In this document: positions 63,463 through 64,000 of the stretch, in pieces
Position numbering within the stretch: the stretch's first letter is position 1
Layout: every line of letters starts with the position of its first letter
Origin: Myxococcota bacterium
GTDB taxonomy: Bacteria; Myxococcota_A; UBA9160
DNA length: 64,000 nt
NCBI GenBank assembly: GCA_035489755.1
Contig: DATGZK010000022.1
Span: 29,395-93,394 of the forward strand
Direction of reading: 5' to 3'
The notes under the pieces: generated by a model
Told to the model about the DNA's origin: nothing
The model's input: only the letters and a program-made list of their open reading frames with translations
Databases searched by the model: none
Translations under genes and position numbers: made by a program

Positions 63463-64000
63463 ATGGAGCTTGGGCGCGTCGCGATCAGCCTTCCCCTGCC
63501 CTTCCTCTCGTCGCGCGACTGTGTCGCGCTCGCGCAGAAGGCGGAGGACGAGTGGGGCTATGACGCGATCTGGCTGGCTGAGACCGCGGGCCCCGATGCC
63601 TTCGCCTTAGCGGGCGCCCTGGCCCAGGCGACGCGCCGCTCGACGATCGGCACGGCGGTGGTTCCGGTCTACAGCCGCACGCCCGCCGTGCTCGCCATGG
63701 CAGCTTCGACCCTCGCGCAGCTCTCGGAGGGCCGCTTCATCTTGGGAATCGGATCGTCGAGTCACACGATTGTCGAGGAGTGGAACGGCGTCGCTTTCGA
63801 TCGGCCCCTGACCCGTGTGCGAGAGACGGTGGCCATCCTCCGGCAGGCGCTCGCGGGAGAGCGCACCGACTTCGTCGGCCAAACCTTGCGATCGCGCGGC
63901 CTGCGCCTTGGCAGCGTGCCCGCGCGTCCGGTCGCGATCTACCTCGGCGCGCTGCGCGAGAAGATGCTGGCGCTGGCCGGCGAGGTGGCGGACGGGCTGT
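63463..64000 (+). CDS. LLM-class (luciferase-like) flavin-dependent oxidoreductase, 3' end outside window
   Basis: ATG at 63463, open to the window end. GYDAIWLAETAGPDAF ... FILGIGSSSHTIVEEWNG. Absent from the ORF track because there is no stop in the window. Confidence 0.75.
   Translation, partial: MELGRVAISLPLPFLSSRDCVALAQKAEDEWGYDAIWLAETAGPDAFALAGALAQATRRSTIGTAVVPVYSRTPAVLAMAASTLAQLSEGRFILGIGSSSHTIVEEWNGVAFDRPLTRVRETVAILRQALAGERTDFVGQTLRSRGLRLGSVPARPVAIYLGALREKMLALAGEVADGL

Noticed and set aside
1-64000. CRISPR arrays, tRNA/rRNA genes, IS elements, integrases and prophage genes.
   Set aside because: I found no spaced direct-repeat arrays, cloverleaf-compatible segments or transposase/integrase-like ORFs by eye. 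A tRNAscan-SE, Infernal or ISfinder run would be needed to exclude small RNAs formally.

Overview
High-GC (about 70%) bacterial chromosomal segment. The gene content (sigma54 activator, Cys/TM/RRRR C-terminal sorting tag, DUF1800/DUF1501 pair) suggests a Myxococcota-like organism, but this is inference only. I support about 62 protein-coding genes. They are densely packed and many are chained by 1-8 nt stop/start overlaps. I saw no rRNA, tRNA, CRISPR array, transposase or integrase. Most long ORFs in the track that lie antisense to these genes are Arg/Pro/Gly-rich shadow frames, and several track ORFs carry spurious N-terminal extensions that I trimmed to RBS-supported starts. Most of the window is core metabolism: nadA, srkA, a fused B12 mutase with meaB, a PduO-type adenosyltransferase, cysE-mrp-ccmH, gloB, lnt, a Co-type nitrile hydratase cluster, etfBA, efp, rmuC, an M16 peptidase pair, gltA and several SDRs. 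The items most worth a second look are listed below.
1. A ParA-like ATPase is translationally coupled to an N-terminally extended lysophospholipid-acyltransferase and a Rossmann-degenerate SDR. A ParA-less paralogous acyltransferase/SDR pair sits 20 kb away in the opposite gene order.
2. There is a possible local cyclic-nucleotide circuit. It comprises a zinc-ribbon / class III cyclase / STAND ATPase / TPR giant protein whose catalytic Asn reads Gly, an unknown secreted protein coupled to lnt, a sigma54 activator with an intact cNMP-binding domain, and an atypical LuxR-type receiver.
3. A 47-bp direct repeat duplicates the 3' end of the adenosyltransferase gene and brackets a single sorting-tagged PQQ sugar dehydrogenase gene.
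4. A patatin phospholipase sits next to a WYL regulator.
5. A NUDIX hydrolase sits next to a Cas4-like Fe-S nuclease.
6. A TetR / diiron-oxygenase unit has twin palindromic operators.
All functional calls come from motif recognition by eye. No database search was run.
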